In this document: positions 61,841-64,000 of the stretch, in pieces
How positions within the stretch are numbered: the first letter of the stretch is position 1
Layout: the number at the start of each line of letters is the position of its first letter
NCBI RefSeq assembly: GCF_021028975.2
Contig: NC_059432.1
Coordinates: 29,326,001 to 29,390,000, forward strand
Origin: Sphaerodactylus townsendi
Taxonomy: Eukaryota
Direction of reading: 5' to 3'
DNA length: 64,000 nt
Made by a program: the position numbers and the translations under genes
The notes under the pieces: model-generated
What the model saw: the letters and a program-made list of their open reading frames with translations, nothing else
What the model was told of the DNA's origin: nothing
Databases searched by the model: none

Positions 61841-64000
61841 GTAAGTCGGCCAGTAGTGGAGGAGTGAGGGCCAAGGAACCCGATGGCAAAAGTTGGTTTC
61901 TCTGGGGACGGGAGAGGGTAGGTAGGTGGTGTTTCTCACCAGGGGGCTAGGAGGGAGCTGGAGCCACTTAAGCCCCCCCCCCCTCTCCTCCCCGGTGCAA
62001 GTTTATCTGGAAATTTGCTTTGGAGGATTTCATTGCAAGCGTCACCCGGAGATGTCCATCAGATTCTTCTTGCTTGAGTCTGCTTGCAAAAGAATCCCTG
62101 TCTTCTGCTATCAAAATCTCTTTTCTCGCCTTTTGTAGTGTTCTCACCGATCCCAGCCGCATGTCCCGCTAAGGCTTAGACTAGAGGCTTTAGAGGAAGA
62201 AAAGCCCAGCATGTAAAGAAGTTTTTGTGTGGCAGGTGTTACTGATCTGACCCCCGTTTTGGCTTCTTTAATGCTCTTAATTCCAGCACTTCACTGGTTT
62301 GAGTTGCTAAGGTTTAGGGGTCTTCTTAAGGTCGGTGGCGTCTTAAGCGTAGTTAATGGTGGAAAGCACCATCAAGTTGCAGCTAAGGGAAGAGGTGAAC
62401 AGAGGTGGTTTGCCATTGCCTGCCTCTGTGCAGCGACTCTGGACTTCCTTGATGGTCATCATCCATCTAAGTGCTAACCAGATTATGAGATCTGATAAGA
62501 TTGACCCATCCAGGTCAGGGTAAGAACATGTGCTGAGTAGCAACCAACTCATGGTGACTCCATCTGCGGAGCCTTCCAGGCAAGAGATAATCAGAGGTGG
62601 TTTGGTATTGCCTTTCCCTAAGTAGCATCCCAAGTATTCTTTGGTTGTCTTTCATCCAAGTGACTGATCCTGCTTATCTTCCAGGCTCTCAGAAACGTGG
62701 GCTAAGTTGGGCTATTCAGGTTGCTTAAGTGCAGTTACACATTTACAAATCTTTTGAAATTAATGGCCTTAGAAGATGTAACTCTGCTTAAAGTGGAACT
62801 GTAATGAAGTGCAAAGTGCAAAGACTATGATATGTGACCTGTGTTGTTCGTTTATCGCAGAGGTATGTTGCGGTTCATCCAGCAGCCTGTGTGGGTTATT
62901 TTCTCAACACTCTGAGTGGAGTGATTTTGTGACCATATGTTTTTCTCGTAGTGGTATATACTGACCTTTGTTAGCTGCCTAGTAATTCCATTAGGCACTC
63001 TAGGCTGGTGTGATTTGCTTATGGCCATCCAGAGGTTTATGTGGCAGAATCAGGAATTGTACAGAGGTCTCTCGTCCACTTCCTCAGGTATTGCCCCAAA
63101 GTTGATTGCTGTTCTGTCAGTGCCTTGATACCAAATTTAATGAGACGTTGTATCTAAGTAGTTCTCTTTAAACTAGAACACTGGTATCTGAGAATGTCTG
63201 AAGTTCAAAACGTTTATTTTTAAGTCTAAAAACTATGTAGAACTTGCATGTAAGTGCTATTCCTTTGTTCTGTTTGCCTGATGTGATATTCTACTGTTTG
63301 TACTTAGCAGTAATTGTCTGGTTCTTTTAATATATTAATAAAGGTGTGCTAGAATCTGCACAACAGTTTCCTTTCCAGTGTCTTATGACTTTGTCATTTA
63401 TTGCATCACCTTTTCTTTCTCTTTCTGCCTTTTTAATGATGTGATCTGTCTTACTCTAGTTTGAAGCTTTAGAAGTTGTATAAGGTTCCAGCTTTTCTTG
63501 TTGATTAGCCACATAGTATCTCTTAATCTGATATGGGCAGAGTTAATATTCATGAAGAGGAGGCAATTCTCTTCCTGTCTGTCCCAACTGAAATGTCTAG
63601 AGGATAGTAAAATTTATTGTGGTGAGCATACCAGTGGAGCCCAAAGCTCAATGTTTACCAATCTCTTATTATAGGATGACACAGAGGAGCAGCAGGAAGA
63701 ATAAACAGACATGTGTACCTTCTGTTTTGCATAAACAGGGTGATCTGTATTTGTCAGGGAGAGTTTTCATCCCTGTGGAAAAAAGGTGTAATCCTTGTAA
63801 TCAAAATTGTCTCTTGCAAAATGGATGGGAAGGAGAAAACAAGGGAAAGTGTGATAATAAATATCAAATAAGATCTAGACATTTTACTGTTAAACTGACT
63901 TCCTTATTGTGCAGTCCTGGGGCGGGGAGAGCAACCTGAAACCGCTTAGAAGGTGGCATGACCCCAGTGGTGACATAAAGGCCACTTGTGCTAATGCTGG

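Overview
Vertebrate genomic DNA, not prokaryotic. The repeat content (Sauria SINEs, SPIN/URR1 MITEs, Penelope-type remnants) points to a squamate reptile, probably a gecko. The window covers the TFAM-UBE2D1-CISD1-IPMK neighbourhood. It holds the probable first coding exon and promoter of TFAM (- strand, rest of the gene left of the window), the complete 7-exon UBE2D1 CDS (-, 147 aa), the complete 3-exon CISD1/mitoNEET CDS (+, 108 aa) and the first coding exon of IPMK (+). Each gene start lies in a CpG island with NRF1/ETS/GC-box/ZNF143-type motifs. Almost all ORFs in the supplied track are spurious. The rest is intron or intergenic DNA full of non-autonomous DNA transposons (many with intact target-site duplications, TSDs), SINE/LINE fragments and fold-back elements. 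Main observations: (1) CISD1 is inverted relative to the human/mouse arrangement; (2) an internally deleted DIRS retrotransposon carries an in-frame gag-to-tyrosine-recombinase junction; (3) two Penelope-like insertions carry degenerate hammerhead ribozyme cores; (4) nested MITEs, including one inside a SPIN element next to the CISD1 promoter; (5) transposon-borne promoter and poly(A)-region sequence next to TFAM and CISD1; (6) upstream AUGs at CISD1 and IPMK. I found no evidence for a wholly new multi-gene system. TE family names come from recognition of consensus-like sequence, not from database searches.
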